Shown in pieces: positions 36,370-46,984 of a stretch of DNA of 64,000 nt. The notes below the pieces were generated by a model that saw nothing but the letters and a program-made list of their open reading frames with translations, was not told where the DNA came from and searched no databases. The translations under genes and the position numbers were made by a program. Numbering within the stretch: position 1 is the first letter of the stretch; every line of letters begins with the position of its first letter. The DNA is from an uncultured Anaerolinea sp. (lineage in GTDB: Bacteria > Chloroflexota > Limnocylindria > Limnocylindrales > CSP1-4): NCBI GenBank assembly GCA_964625345.1, contig CAZVDO010000001.1, forward strand, positions 55,237 to 119,236. Reading direction: 5' to 3'.

Positions 36370-38727
36370 TCAGGCCACGGCCGCCGGAGCGGCCTCTGCG
36401 TGGGCGGCGTCGGCGCCCAGCGCCACGAGCAGCCGGAGCGCCAGGGCCTTGGCGTCGACCGCGGGATCGAGCCGGGGCCCGGTGCAGGCGGGGCAGCCGC
36501 TGTCGCACGAGCAGGCGCGCACGAGGTCCGCCGCGCCGACGATGAGCTCCTCGTGGCGTGCCCAGAGCCGTTCCGAGAGGCCGACACCGCCGGGCATCGC
36601 CTCGTACAGGTAGATCGTCGGGGACTCCTGGTGCGGCGAACGGACCTGCGCCACGAGGCCGAGGTCCCGGGGATCCACCATGAGCAAGACCGCAGCGATC
36701 GCCTGGATGGCGCGTCCGGCGCCGACGAGGGCCACGTCGAGGTCCTCGCGACGCCAGCCCTGCGCGGCGCCGCCGGCCGTGACCCAGTACGCCGTCGTCT
36801 GGAGCTCCAGCTCGGGCAGGTCGATCGGACCCCAGCCCACGTTCTCGTCGGTCACGAACTTGAGCTTCTTGAACAGCGTGACGAGGCTGGCGACCATCAC
36901 CTCGCCGTGGACGCGGGTGCCGCCCGTGGCCGGGGCGTCCGCGAAGACGTCGAGCGGCTTCAGGGTCACCGCCCGGTTGGCATAGGTGTAGTGATCGACG
37001 TCGACGCGATGGACGTAGGCCTTGCGCTCGTGCCACTCGAGGCGGTCCACGTAGTACTGGACCGATTCGTGGATGTAGATCGCCCGTTCGTGGACGAGCA
37101 CCTGGGCGCTGAACAGGTCCACCTCGCCGAGCACGCGCGGCCGGTCGGGGGTCGTGTCGATGATCACCACGTTCTCGGGGGCCGCGGCACGCAGGCTGAC
37201 TTCCGAGGCCGGGAAGTTCTCGGAGCTCCAGTACCAGCGACCGTCCGCGGCAAGGCGCACGTGGCCCTCCTCGCCGAGGAAGGCGAGCAGGTCGTCTGCC
37301 GGCCCCGGTCCGAACGCCTCGCCGGGCTCGAACGGCATCTCGAAGGTCGCGCACCGGAGGTGGGCGAGCAGCACGTGCAGGTTGTCGGGGTCGATGCGCG
37401 CCTCCTCGGGGGTGCGGGCGAGCAGGAACTCCGGGTGGTGGATCACGTACTGGTCCACCGGGGACGCGGACGCGACGAGCACGCCCACGGAGGGCTCCAG
37501 GCGCCGCCCCGCACGCCCGAGCTGCTGCCAGGTGGCCGCGACGGAGCCCGGATACCCGGCCAGCACCGCGACGTCCAGCGAGCCGATGTCGACGCCGAGC
37601 TCGAGTGCGTTCGTGGACACCACGCCGAGGATCTCGCCGTCGCGCAGGCCGCGCTCGATCGATCGCCGCTCGGTCGGCAGGTAGCCGCCGCGGTACCCGC
37701 GGACCCGGGAACGCGGCCCGAACGACTCGCGAAGCGCCTCGCGCAGGCCGGTCAGAAGGATCTCGACCGCCACGCGCGCGCGCCCGAACACGATCGTCTG
37801 CCGGCCGGCCCGCAGGAACGGCAATGCCCAGCGCTGGGCGTGGGTCAGGGCCGATGTTCGGGCTCCCGTCGCCGGGTCGAGCACGGGCGGATTGACGAGG
37901 AGCAGGTGTCGCTCGCCCCGGGGTGCGCCGTTGCGATCGACGAGTCGCGGCGCCCTCCCGGTGAGCTGGGCCGCGAGCTCCGCCGGATTGCCGATGGTGG
38001 CCGAGGCGCACACGATCACCGGGTTCGACCCGTAGTGGCGGCACAGTCGGAGCAGGCGGCGCAGGACGTTGGCGACGTGGCTCCCGAAGACGCCGCGGTA
38101 GGTGTGGAGCTCATCGATCACGATCACCCGGACCTGCTCGAAGAGCTGGAACCACTTGGTGTGGTGGGGGAGGATCGCCGAGTGGAGCATGTCCGGATTC
38201 GTGACCACGACCTGTCCGGCCGTCCGGATGGCCGAGCGAATCGGAGCGGGCGTGTCGCCGTCGTACGTCGCGGCGGAGATCGCGAGCTGGCTCGCCTGGG
38301 CAAGCCCGGCGAATTCGGCCACCTGGTCCTGCCCGAGGGCCTTGGTCGGGAAGAGGAAGAGCGCCCGGGCGGACGGATCCTCCGCGAGGGCCTGGAGTAC
38401 CGGCAGCGTGTAGCAGAGGGTCTTGCCCGACGCCGTCGGCGTCACCACGACGACGTCGTCGCCGGCGTGCACGGTCTCGATGGCTTCCGCCTGGTGGCGA
38501 TAGAGGGAGTCGATCCCGCGCGACCGCAGTCCGCTTGCGATCCGCGGATCCAGCCAGTCGGGAAACGGGACCGTGTCGGCGGGACGCTCGGGCAGGGTCT
38601 CGTGGTGCAGCACGGAGGCGGCGAGGGATGGCTCCTCGAGGAGGCGGTCGAGGACGGCGGCGGTGGTCGCGGGGGCATAGGTGCGCATCGCAGCAAGGCT
38701 CCATTTCGAACGGGTGTTCGATGGCAC
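36370..38727 (-). CDS. mrfA: MrfA/YprA-like DEAD/DEAH-box helicase with a C-terminal DUF1998 zinc module
   Basis: Motif I VVTPTASGKTLCY, motif II IDELHTY, and a C-terminal CSCDSGCPAC tetra-Cys. Confidence 0.8.
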   Translation of the reverse strand: MPSNTRSKWSLAAMRTYAPATTAAVLDRLLEEPSLAASVLHHETLPERPADTVPFPDWLDPRIASGLRSRGIDSLYRHQAEAIETVHAGDDVVVVTPTASGKTLCYTLPVLQALAEDPSARALFLFPTKALGQDQVAEFAGLAQASQLAISAATYDGDTPAPIRSAIRTAGQVVVTNPDMLHSAILPHHTKWFQLFEQVRVIVIDELHTYRGVFGSHVANVLRRLLRLCRHYGSNPVIVCASATIGNPAELAAQLTGRAPRLVDRNGAPRGERHLLLVNPPVLDPATGARTSALTHAQRWALPFLRAGRQTIVFGRARVAVEILLTGLREALRESFGPRSRVRGYRGGYLPTERRSIERGLRDGEILGVVSTNALELGVDIGSLDVAVLAGYPGSVAATWQQLGRAGRRLEPSVGVLVASASPVDQYVIHHPEFLLARTPEEARIDPDNLHVLLAHLRCATFEMPFEPGEAFGPGPADDLLAFLGEEGHVRLAADGRWYWSSENFPASEVSLRAAAPENVVIIDTTPDRPRVLGEVDLFSAQVLVHERAIYIHESVQYYVDRLEWHERKAYVHRVDVDHYTYANRAVTLKPLDVFADAPATGGTRVHGEVMVASLVTLFKKLKFVTDENVGWGPIDLPELELQTTAYWVTAGGAAQGWRREDLDVALVGAGRAIQAIAAVLLMVDPRDLGLVAQVRSPHQESPTIYLYEAMPGGVGLSERLWARHEELIVGAADLVRACSCDSGCPACTGPRLDPAVDAKALALRLLVALGADAAHAEAAPAAVA

Positions 38728-38834
38728 AGCGTAGCGCGAGCGTCCGTCCCGCGTGTGTCACCTTGGCTGGCACGACGGATCGGCCGAAATCGGTGGTTGA
38801 CACATTGTTCACCGCTTAGCTACGCTCGGCGCCA

Positions 38835-39446
38835 ATGACGATGCCCCCAGGTCCCGACCGGCCCGATGCCGTCGCCCCCGAGGGCGATTCGCCGCGTCCC
38901 GCCGCGCGACCGGTGCGAGACCTCTCGGCCATGCCCACCTTCCTGCGACGCGCGAGCGGAAGCGACGGCGAGGGGGCCATGGATCGATGGATGACCCGCC
39001 AGGCTCCGATCGGCCCGGCCCATCCCGTGGTGGCTCCGGAACCGACCATGCCGCCCCTCGTGGGGATCTCGCCGCGCCGGCTGCTCCTCGCGGTCGCGCT
39101 CGTCGCCATCGCCTGGGGCGTGATCTCGTTCGGCCGCCAGGTCGCCGCGGCATCGGCCGCCGCGGGGCATGCCGACGACCTGCGCGCCGCCAACGCCGCG
39201 CTCGCCCAGGAAGTGGCCGGGCTGCAGCACGAGATGGAGCTGGTCGGGGATCCCCGCTACATCGAGCAGCAGGCGCGCGCGTATCGGCTTGGATCCTCCT
39301 CCGAGATCGCCTTCGCCCTCGCGCCCAACGCGCCGTCGCTGTCACCGGATTCGCCGGGCTCGGCCTCGAACCGGCTGGGCGCCGTCGTCGATTCGCGCTC
39401 GCCGCTCGACGCCTGGCTCGAGGTGCTGTTCGGCCCGGAGGAGTAG
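38835..39446 (+). CDS. septum-formation initiator family protein (FtsB/DivIC-like)
   Basis: A single TM (LLLAVALVAIAWGVISF) followed by a coiled-coil (AANAALAQEVAGLQHEMELVGDPRYIEQQAR). The start within 38835-38990 is uncertain. Confidence 0.5.
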   Translation: MTMPPGPDRPDAVAPEGDSPRPAARPVRDLSAMPTFLRRASGSDGEGAMDRWMTRQAPIGPAHPVVAPEPTMPPLVGISPRRLLLAVALVAIAWGVISFGRQVAAASAAAGHADDLRAANAALAQEVAGLQHEMELVGDPRYIEQQARAYRLGSSSEIAFALAPNAPSLSPDSPGSASNRLGAVVDSRSPLDAWLEVLFGPEE

Positions 39447-39581
39447 CGCCGCCGAGGCGACGCCCGCGGATCGCACCCACCCCTTCACCCCGCCGGGCGA
39501 CCTCGCGTCGGAGGCCCATCGCGTGCGGCTCCGGGGGTATGCTGACCCGACCGTCTGCGCAAGGTTGGAGGGACTGGGGCC

Positions 39582-40127
39582 GTGCCGACGATCACGATTC
39601 CCATCGAGGATCTGGTCTTCGTTCTCGCGACACTGCTCGGCGGCGGCCTGCTGCTGGTCACGGTCGTGGTCGACGACATCATCGGCGGCATCCTCGATTC
39701 CTTCCACATCGGCATGGACATCGGTGGGGTGTCCCTCATGCCGCCGCTCCTGGCGTTCATCGCGATGTTCGGCGTCGGGGGCCTCTTCGCGACCCAGGTC
39801 TTCGATATCCATGGCGGCCAGGCCGCGATCATCGGCCTCGTCTTCGGGGCCGTCGGCTTTGCCATCGCCTACCTGATGTTCCGCGCGCTCCGCGGGGCCG
39901 AGGGCCAGACGCCCTTTTCGATCGGCGACCTGGTCGGCCGCACCGGGTCCGTGAGCGTGGCCATCCCGGCGGGCCGCCTCGGCACCGTGTACGTCCGGGC
40001 CGAGGGCCAGACGCACGAGATCGCCGCGACGGCGGCCGTGGACCTCCAGGCGGGCGCGCCGGTCCGCATCACGGGCACGCACGGCACCGGGCTCGTCGTC
40101 GAACCCGACCAACCGCCGGCCGCCTGA
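39582..40127 (+). CDS. short NfeD-family protein (YuaF-like; TM plus OB-fold)
   Basis: Membrane helices followed by a C-terminal OB-fold (GRTGSVSVAIPAGRLGTVYVRAEGQTHEIAA). Directly upstream of a flotillin gene. Confidence 0.65.
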   Translation: MPTITIPIEDLVFVLATLLGGGLLLVTVVVDDIIGGILDSFHIGMDIGGVSLMPPLLAFIAMFGVGGLFATQVFDIHGGQAAIIGLVFGAVGFAIAYLMFRALRGAEGQTPFSIGDLVGRTGSVSVAIPAGRLGTVYVRAEGQTHEIAATAAVDLQAGAPVRITGTHGTGLVVEPDQPPAA

Positions 40128-40169
40128 CGCCGGCGGGCATCGAACCAGCAGCGCGAGGGAGAACCAACC

Positions 40170-42266
40170 GTGCCTGACTTCCTGCAGTTCGTCGGCGGCG
40201 GGGTGATCCCCGTCCTCCTCGTGGTCGTCATCCTCGTCCTGCTCGTGGCCTACCTGGGCAGCCGGTACAAGGTGGCCGGGGCCAACGAGGCGCTCATCGT
40301 CAGCGGGCGCAGCGAGAAGGGGACGCAGGGCCAGGTCGGCCTCAAGGTCGTGCGCGGCCAGGGCGTGATCGTCCTGCCCCTCATCAACAAGGTGGGCCGC
40401 CTCCACCTGAGCGCCCGCCAGATCAACATCCAGCTCTCGGATGCCGTGACCAAGCAAGGCATCAAGGTGGCCGTGCAGGGCGTGGCCACGGTGAAGATCG
40501 GGAGCGACGAGGAATCCATCCGCGCCGCCGCCGAGCGCTTCCTCGAGCGCGAGGACCAGATCGATTCGATCGTGAAGAACGTCCTCGAGGGCTCGCTCCG
40601 GTCGATCGTCGGCACCCTCACCGTCGAGGAGCTCAACTACGACCGCGCCAAGTTCCAGCAGGAGGTCCAGAGCGCGGCCCGGAGCGACCTCGCCACGTCG
40701 GGACTGACCATCGACAACTTCACGATTCAGGCGATCCGGGACGAGGTCGGCTACATGGACCTCATCGGCCAGCAGGAGACCGCACGCCGTGAGCGCGACG
40801 CGCGCATGGCCAAGGCGCAGGCCGACCAGGAGGCGGCGGTCCGGGAGGCCGAGGCCCAGCAGGTCAAGCTCAACGCGGGGCGGGACGTGTCGCTTCGCCA
40901 GGCGGAAGTCGAATCGCTGACCGCTGCCGCGAATGCAAAGGCTGCACAGGCCGGGCCGCTGGCAGAAGCCGAGGCCACGCAGGAGGTCGTGCGCAAGCAG
41001 ACCGAGCTCGCGCAGCTCGAGGCCGATCGCAAGCAGAAGGAACTCATCGCGTCGACAATCCGGCCCGCCGAGGCGGACGCCGATGCCCAGGTGAAGCGCG
41101 CGGAAGGCGAGAAGCTCGCCCGGATCGCCCAGGCCCAGGCGGAGGCGGAGCGGGTGAAGCTCGCCGGCCAGGCGGAGGCCGCGGTCCAGGTCACCAAGGG
41201 CGAGGCACAGGCGCGGGTCACCGAGGTGAACGCGACGGCGGTGGCCAAGCAGACCACGCTCGAAGGCAATGCCGAGGCGGGCGTCGTGCTCTCCAAGGGC
41301 GAGGCCGAGGCCAAGGCGCTTGCGCTTCGTGCGGAGGCGTACCGGCAGTTCAACGAGGCCGCGGTCATCCAGACCGTCCTTTCGATGCTGCCCGAGATCG
41401 TGCGAGCGGCTGCCGAACCGATGGCCTCGATCGACAACCTGACGGTGATGTCGACCGACGGGGCATCCGAACTGGTCAAGAACACCACGCGCACGGTGGC
41501 CGAGGCCAGCGCCGCCGTGAAGGGGCTGACCGGCATCGACGTGCCCGCGCTCCTCGGCGGCGCGATGGGGGCCGCCGGTGCAGGTGGTGGCGGCGCCGGG
41601 ACCGGCGTGTCCGGACGCTCGGGGTCTCGCGGCACGCGGCGCGGCGGCTCCGATGACGGCGGAACAGACGGCGGCGGCGGGGGTGCCGGTGGCTCCAGCT
41701 CCGGTGGGGGCGGTGGCTCCAGCTCCGGCGGCGGTTCGTCCCGACCGCGATCGCCGCGCGGCGGCGCGCCCGCCGGCACGGGTCCGACCTCGAGCTCCGC
41801 ACCGGAAGGCGCTGCGCCAGACGCGTCGGCGAGCGCGAGCACCCCGGCGTCGAACCAGGCCGGCGGCCAGGCGTCGCGGTCCGCGTCCGCGCCGCCCATC
41901 GACCCGCAGGCGGCATTCGCCGAGGCGGCCCGCGCGATGACGGACGCAGGGCGTCGCGCCGGCTCGGCCGCCATGACCGCCGGCGGCGCCGTGGCGTCGG
42001 CCGAGGCACCCGGTGTCACGAGCCTCGATCGCGAATCGACCCTCGACGAGGCAGCACGCGCACTTGCGAGCGATCTCCGGGCCGTGCCCGGCATCGAGCG
42101 GTTCGGAGCGATCCGGCTCGCCGAGCTCGAGCGATCCGGGCCCCGCCCGCTGCGCACGATGTGGCGGATCGCGCGGGATCGGCTGGAGCAGCGCTACGGG
42201 CAGCTGACGATCGGGGAGATGCTCGACCGATACACGGGGCCGGGACCTCATGCCCGCTCGCACTGA
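40170..42266 (+). CDS. flotillin (SPFH/band-7 domain, FloT/YuaG-like) with a long low-complexity C-terminal tail
   Basis: N-terminal TM, an SPFH domain, and an extended A/E/Q coiled-coil (flotillin repeats). The last ~230 aa are a Gly/Ser/Ala-rich disordered tail (GGGGAGGSSSGGGGGSSSGGGSS). Confidence 0.8.
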   Translation: MPDFLQFVGGGVIPVLLVVVILVLLVAYLGSRYKVAGANEALIVSGRSEKGTQGQVGLKVVRGQGVIVLPLINKVGRLHLSARQINIQLSDAVTKQGIKVAVQGVATVKIGSDEESIRAAAERFLEREDQIDSIVKNVLEGSLRSIVGTLTVEELNYDRAKFQQEVQSAARSDLATSGLTIDNFTIQAIRDEVGYMDLIGQQETARRERDARMAKAQADQEAAVREAEAQQVKLNAGRDVSLRQAEVESLTAAANAKAAQAGPLAEAEATQEVVRKQTELAQLEADRKQKELIASTIRPAEADADAQVKRAEGEKLARIAQAQAEAERVKLAGQAEAAVQVTKGEAQARVTEVNATAVAKQTTLEGNAEAGVVLSKGEAEAKALALRAEAYRQFNEAAVIQTVLSMLPEIVRAAAEPMASIDNLTVMSTDGASELVKNTTRTVAEASAAVKGLTGIDVPALLGGAMGAAGAGGGGAGTGVSGRSGSRGTRRGGSDDGGTDGGGGGAGGSSSGGGGGSSSGGGSSRPRSPRGGAPAGTGPTSSSAPEGAAPDASASASTPASNQAGGQASRSASAPPIDPQAAFAEAARAMTDAGRRAGSAAMTAGGAVASAEAPGVTSLDRESTLDEAARALASDLRAVPGIERFGAIRLAELERSGPRPLRTMWRIARDRLEQRYGQLTIGEMLDRYTGPGPHARSH

Positions 42267-42771
42267 TGGCGGGGGCGCCGTGTCCAGCGAATATGCCCGC
42301 ATCCTTGCCGAGAACGAGCGGTTCACCGAGGCGTTCGACCGGTCGGCGCTGACCGCGGCACCGCTCACCGGGCTGGCGATCCTGGCCTGCATGGACGCGC
42401 GCATCGACGTCGAGGATGCCCTCGGCATCCGGGTCGGCGACGCCCACATCATCCGGAATGCGGGCGGCTTCGCCACGGAGGACGCGATCCGGTCGCTCGT
42501 GGTGAGCCAGCAGCTGCTCGGGACGCGCGAGATCCTGGTGATCGCCCACACGAAGTGCGGCCTCGACGGAGCCGACGAGGCGGACATCCGCCGGCGCGTC
42601 ATCGATTCGACCGGTCGCGAGACGCGCCTCGTCTTCGGGGCGTTCCGCGACCTCGAGGCCATGGTCCGCGAGCAGGTGCGGATCCTCCGCGAGCACCCGG
42701 CCCTGCTCCGCGTGCCCGTGCACGGCCTGGTCTACGAGGTCACGTCCGGTCGCCTGCGCGAAGTCGCCTGA
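42250..42771 (+). CDS. beta-class carbonic anhydrase
   Basis: CxDxR motif ILACMDARIDV and H-x2-C motif VIAHTKCGL. Overlaps the flotillin 3' end by 17 nt. Confidence 0.8.
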   Translation: MPARTDGGGAVSSEYARILAENERFTEAFDRSALTAAPLTGLAILACMDARIDVEDALGIRVGDAHIIRNAGGFATEDAIRSLVVSQQLLGTREILVIAHTKCGLDGADEADIRRRVIDSTGRETRLVFGAFRDLEAMVREQVRILREHPALLRVPVHGLVYEVTSGRLREVA

Positions 42772-42772
42772 G

Positions 42773-43138
42773 GTGACCCACGAGTACACCTGCCTCCTCG
42801 GCGGCCATGTCGCCACCGGAGCAGGCGTCGAGGCGACCGCGATCGCCTGGGCCCACGACACGATCCTCGCGATCGGATCGGATGCGTCCGTCCGTGGCAT
42901 CTCGCGCGGCGATTCGGCGTTCGTCGACCTCGATGGCGCCTGGGTCGTGGCCGTGGATGCGAACGGGGATCCCGTGGGGATGGACGCCTCGACGCTGGCG
43001 GTTGGCGGACCGGCTGACCTCGCGGTCGTTCGACTGCACGCTGGCGGGCCGATGAAGGTCATGGCGGTCGTGCGCCACGGCCATGTCATCGCAGGCGCAC
43101 TCTCCAGCATTGCAGGTCCCGACATCGACCTGCGGTAG
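42773..43138 (+). CDS. hypothetical protein resembling only the beta-sandwich part of an amidohydrolase (possible remnant)
   Basis: The N-terminal LLGGHVATGAGVE...AHDTILAIG and the C-terminal GGPADLAVVRL...VIAG resemble the composite small domain of metallo-dependent amidohydrolases. The TIM-barrel is absent. Confidence 0.35.
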   Translation: MTHEYTCLLGGHVATGAGVEATAIAWAHDTILAIGSDASVRGISRGDSAFVDLDGAWVVAVDANGDPVGMDASTLAVGGPADLAVVRLHAGGPMKVMAVVRHGHVIAGALSSIAGPDIDLR

Positions 43139-43141
43139 AAT
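43136..43141 (+). promoter_or_regulatory. -10 hexamer TAGAAT for tRNA-Met
   Basis: TAGAAT ends 9 nt before the mature tRNA 5' end, so the predicted TSS is at or near tRNA position 1. Confidence 0.35.
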
Positions 43142-43150
43142 GCCGGCCGT

Positions 43151-43225
43151 GGCGGAGTAGCTCAGTGGTAGAGCAGGGGACTCATAAGCCCTTGGTCGGT
43201 GGTTCAAATCCGCCCTCCGCTACCA
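43151..43225 (+). tRNA. tRNA-Met (anticodon CAT); elongator, initiator or tRNA-Ile(lysidine) identity not resolved
   Basis: Manual fold: acceptor GGCGGAG/CTCCGCT, D-arm GCTC/GAGC, anticodon loop CTCATAA (U33, CAT at 34-36, A37), T-arm GGTGG-TTCAAAT-CCGCC, discriminator A, and an encoded CCA. Confidence 0.85.
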
Positions 43226-43240
43226 CCTCGACCTCGATCC

Positions 43241-43263
43241 GACCCCGGCCCTTCGCCGGGGTC
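43241..43263 (+). terminator. GC-rich hairpin (9 bp stem, 5 nt loop) after tRNA-Met
   Basis: GACCCCGGC-CCTTC-GCCGGGGTC is a perfect stem 16 nt after the tRNA CCA. There is no U-tract, as expected in a high-GC genome. Confidence 0.45.
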
Positions 43264-43461
43264 GCGTGATTCCCGGGTCGCGGATCCCGGCAAACGCGCG
43301 GCACCATCCGAATCGCCCGCGCGTCCGTACCCATGTTCGAACGACCCATCGGCCTGCCGGCGCGTCCCGGGCGATCCGGGCACCCGGCGCTATACTCGGC
43401 CGCGGGACCGGCGGCAAGCCGGCCCGCCTGACGGAGGCACCTGTACTTGAATCCCCGGTTC

Positions 43462-45399
<1,938 letters not shown>

Positions 45400-45477
45400 C
45401 CGGCGGCGCATCTCGTACCGACCAGCAACGGCCGGCGTCTCCTCGGAGCGTCGGCCGCTCGCATGACAGGAGGATTC

Positions 45478-46872
45478 GTGACGGCCATCGACCCGGCGAT
45501 CGAGGCGCACCTGGCCGCACGGGCCGATGCCCGCGTCGCCTCGTACCTCGAGTTCCTGCGGATCCCGAGCATCTCGGCGCTGCCCGAGCATGCCGGCGAC
45601 ATCCGGGCCGCTGCCGACTGGATCGCGGCGGCGATGACGAAGGCCGGCCTCGAGCACGTCGAGGTCTGTCCCACCCCCTGGCACCCGATCGTCTACGGCG
45701 ACTGGCTGCATGCCGAGGGCGCCCCGACGGTCATCGTCTATTGCCACTACGACGTCCAGCCCGTCGACCCGATCGAGTTGTGGGACACGGCCCCATTCGA
45801 CCCGTTCGTGCGGGACGGCCGCATGATCGGTCGAGGCGCAGCCGACGACAAGGGCCAGCTCCACATGCACCTGGCCGCGATCGAGGCGCTCATGGCGGTC
45901 CGGGGCCGCCTGCCGCTGAACCTGCGGTTCGTGTTCGAGGGCGAGGAGGAATCGAGCTCCCTGAGCCTGCCCGGATGGATCCGCGAGAACCAGGACCGCC
46001 TGGCCGCCGATGCGGTGGTCGTGAGCGACACGGGATTCTTCGAAGGCAACCTTCCAGCCATCACCGAGAGCCTGCGCGGGCTCCTCTATACGCAGATCGA
46101 CGTGAGCGGCGCGCCGCTCGACCTCCACTCGGGCTCATACGGCGGGGCGGTCGAGAATCCCGCCAACGCCCTCGCCAGGATCATCGCCGCGCTGAAGGAC
46201 CGGGACGGCGTCGTCCAGGTCCCGGGGTTCTACGACGACGTGCGGGAGCTCGATGCGGCCGCCCGGCAGCGCCTGGCCGCGTTGCCCTTCGACGAGGACG
46301 AGTTCCGCGATCGTCTCGGCCTCCCCGCGCTCGCCGGCGAGCGCGGCTACACCGTGAACGAGCGACGAGGCGTACGCCCCACGTTGGATGTCAACGGCCT
46401 GTGGGGCGGGTTCGCGGGGACCGGCGCCAAGACGATCATCCCGGCCCACGCCCACGCAAAGGTGAGCATGCGCCTCGTGGCCGACCAGGATCCGGCGAAG
46501 ATCTACGCCTCGTTCCAGGCGTTCGTGGCAGAGGTCTGCCCGCCCGGGGTGACCGTCACCGTCCAGCACCTCGGCGACGGCCGGCCGGGCATCACGCCCA
46601 TCGACCATCCCGTGGTCCGGGCCGGCGCCGATGCCATCGAGGCCACGTTCGGCGTCGCCCCGCTGTTCATCCGCGGCGGCGGCAGCATCCCGGTCACCGA
46701 GACCTTCGAGAGCGTCCTCGGCCTCCATACCGTCCTGCTCGGTTTCGCCAACCCGGACAGCAACGCCCATGCGCCGAACGAATCGATGGTCATGGCCAAC
46801 TACGAGACCGGGATCCGCACCATCTGCGTGCTCTGGGATCGCATCGGCCAGGAGGGCCTCGCCGGAGCGTGA
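45478..46872 (+). CDS. M20-family metallopeptidase (dipeptidase/desuccinylase-like)
   Basis: GTG at 45478 is preceded by AGGAGG (spacing 4 nt); ORF top at ATG 45463. Metal-binding blocks are HYDVQP, GRGAADDKGQL, and the EGEEE Glu pair. Confidence 0.8.
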   Translation: MTAIDPAIEAHLAARADARVASYLEFLRIPSISALPEHAGDIRAAADWIAAAMTKAGLEHVEVCPTPWHPIVYGDWLHAEGAPTVIVYCHYDVQPVDPIELWDTAPFDPFVRDGRMIGRGAADDKGQLHMHLAAIEALMAVRGRLPLNLRFVFEGEEESSSLSLPGWIRENQDRLAADAVVVSDTGFFEGNLPAITESLRGLLYTQIDVSGAPLDLHSGSYGGAVENPANALARIIAALKDRDGVVQVPGFYDDVRELDAAARQRLAALPFDEDEFRDRLGLPALAGERGYTVNERRGVRPTLDVNGLWGGFAGTGAKTIIPAHAHAKVSMRLVADQDPAKIYASFQAFVAEVCPPGVTVTVQHLGDGRPGITPIDHPVVRAGADAIEATFGVAPLFIRGGGSIPVTETFESVLGLHTVLLGFANPDSNAHAPNESMVMANYETGIRTICVLWDRIGQEGLAGA

Positions 46873-46984
46873 CGCTCGGCGCCAGTACCTTCGTACGGCC
46901 CGGAGACGCCGTCGGACGGGCAGTCGGGCCGGTGGGCGGTGCTACGATGCGTCTCCGAATCCACGCGGGGAGGACGAGGTACAC

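Noticed and set aside
40170-42266. Possibility that the flotillin G/S-rich tail is a separate gene or a frameshift artefact.
   Set aside because: The reading frame is continuous with no internal stop or plausible start. It is kept as one CDS, but flagged for read-level verification.
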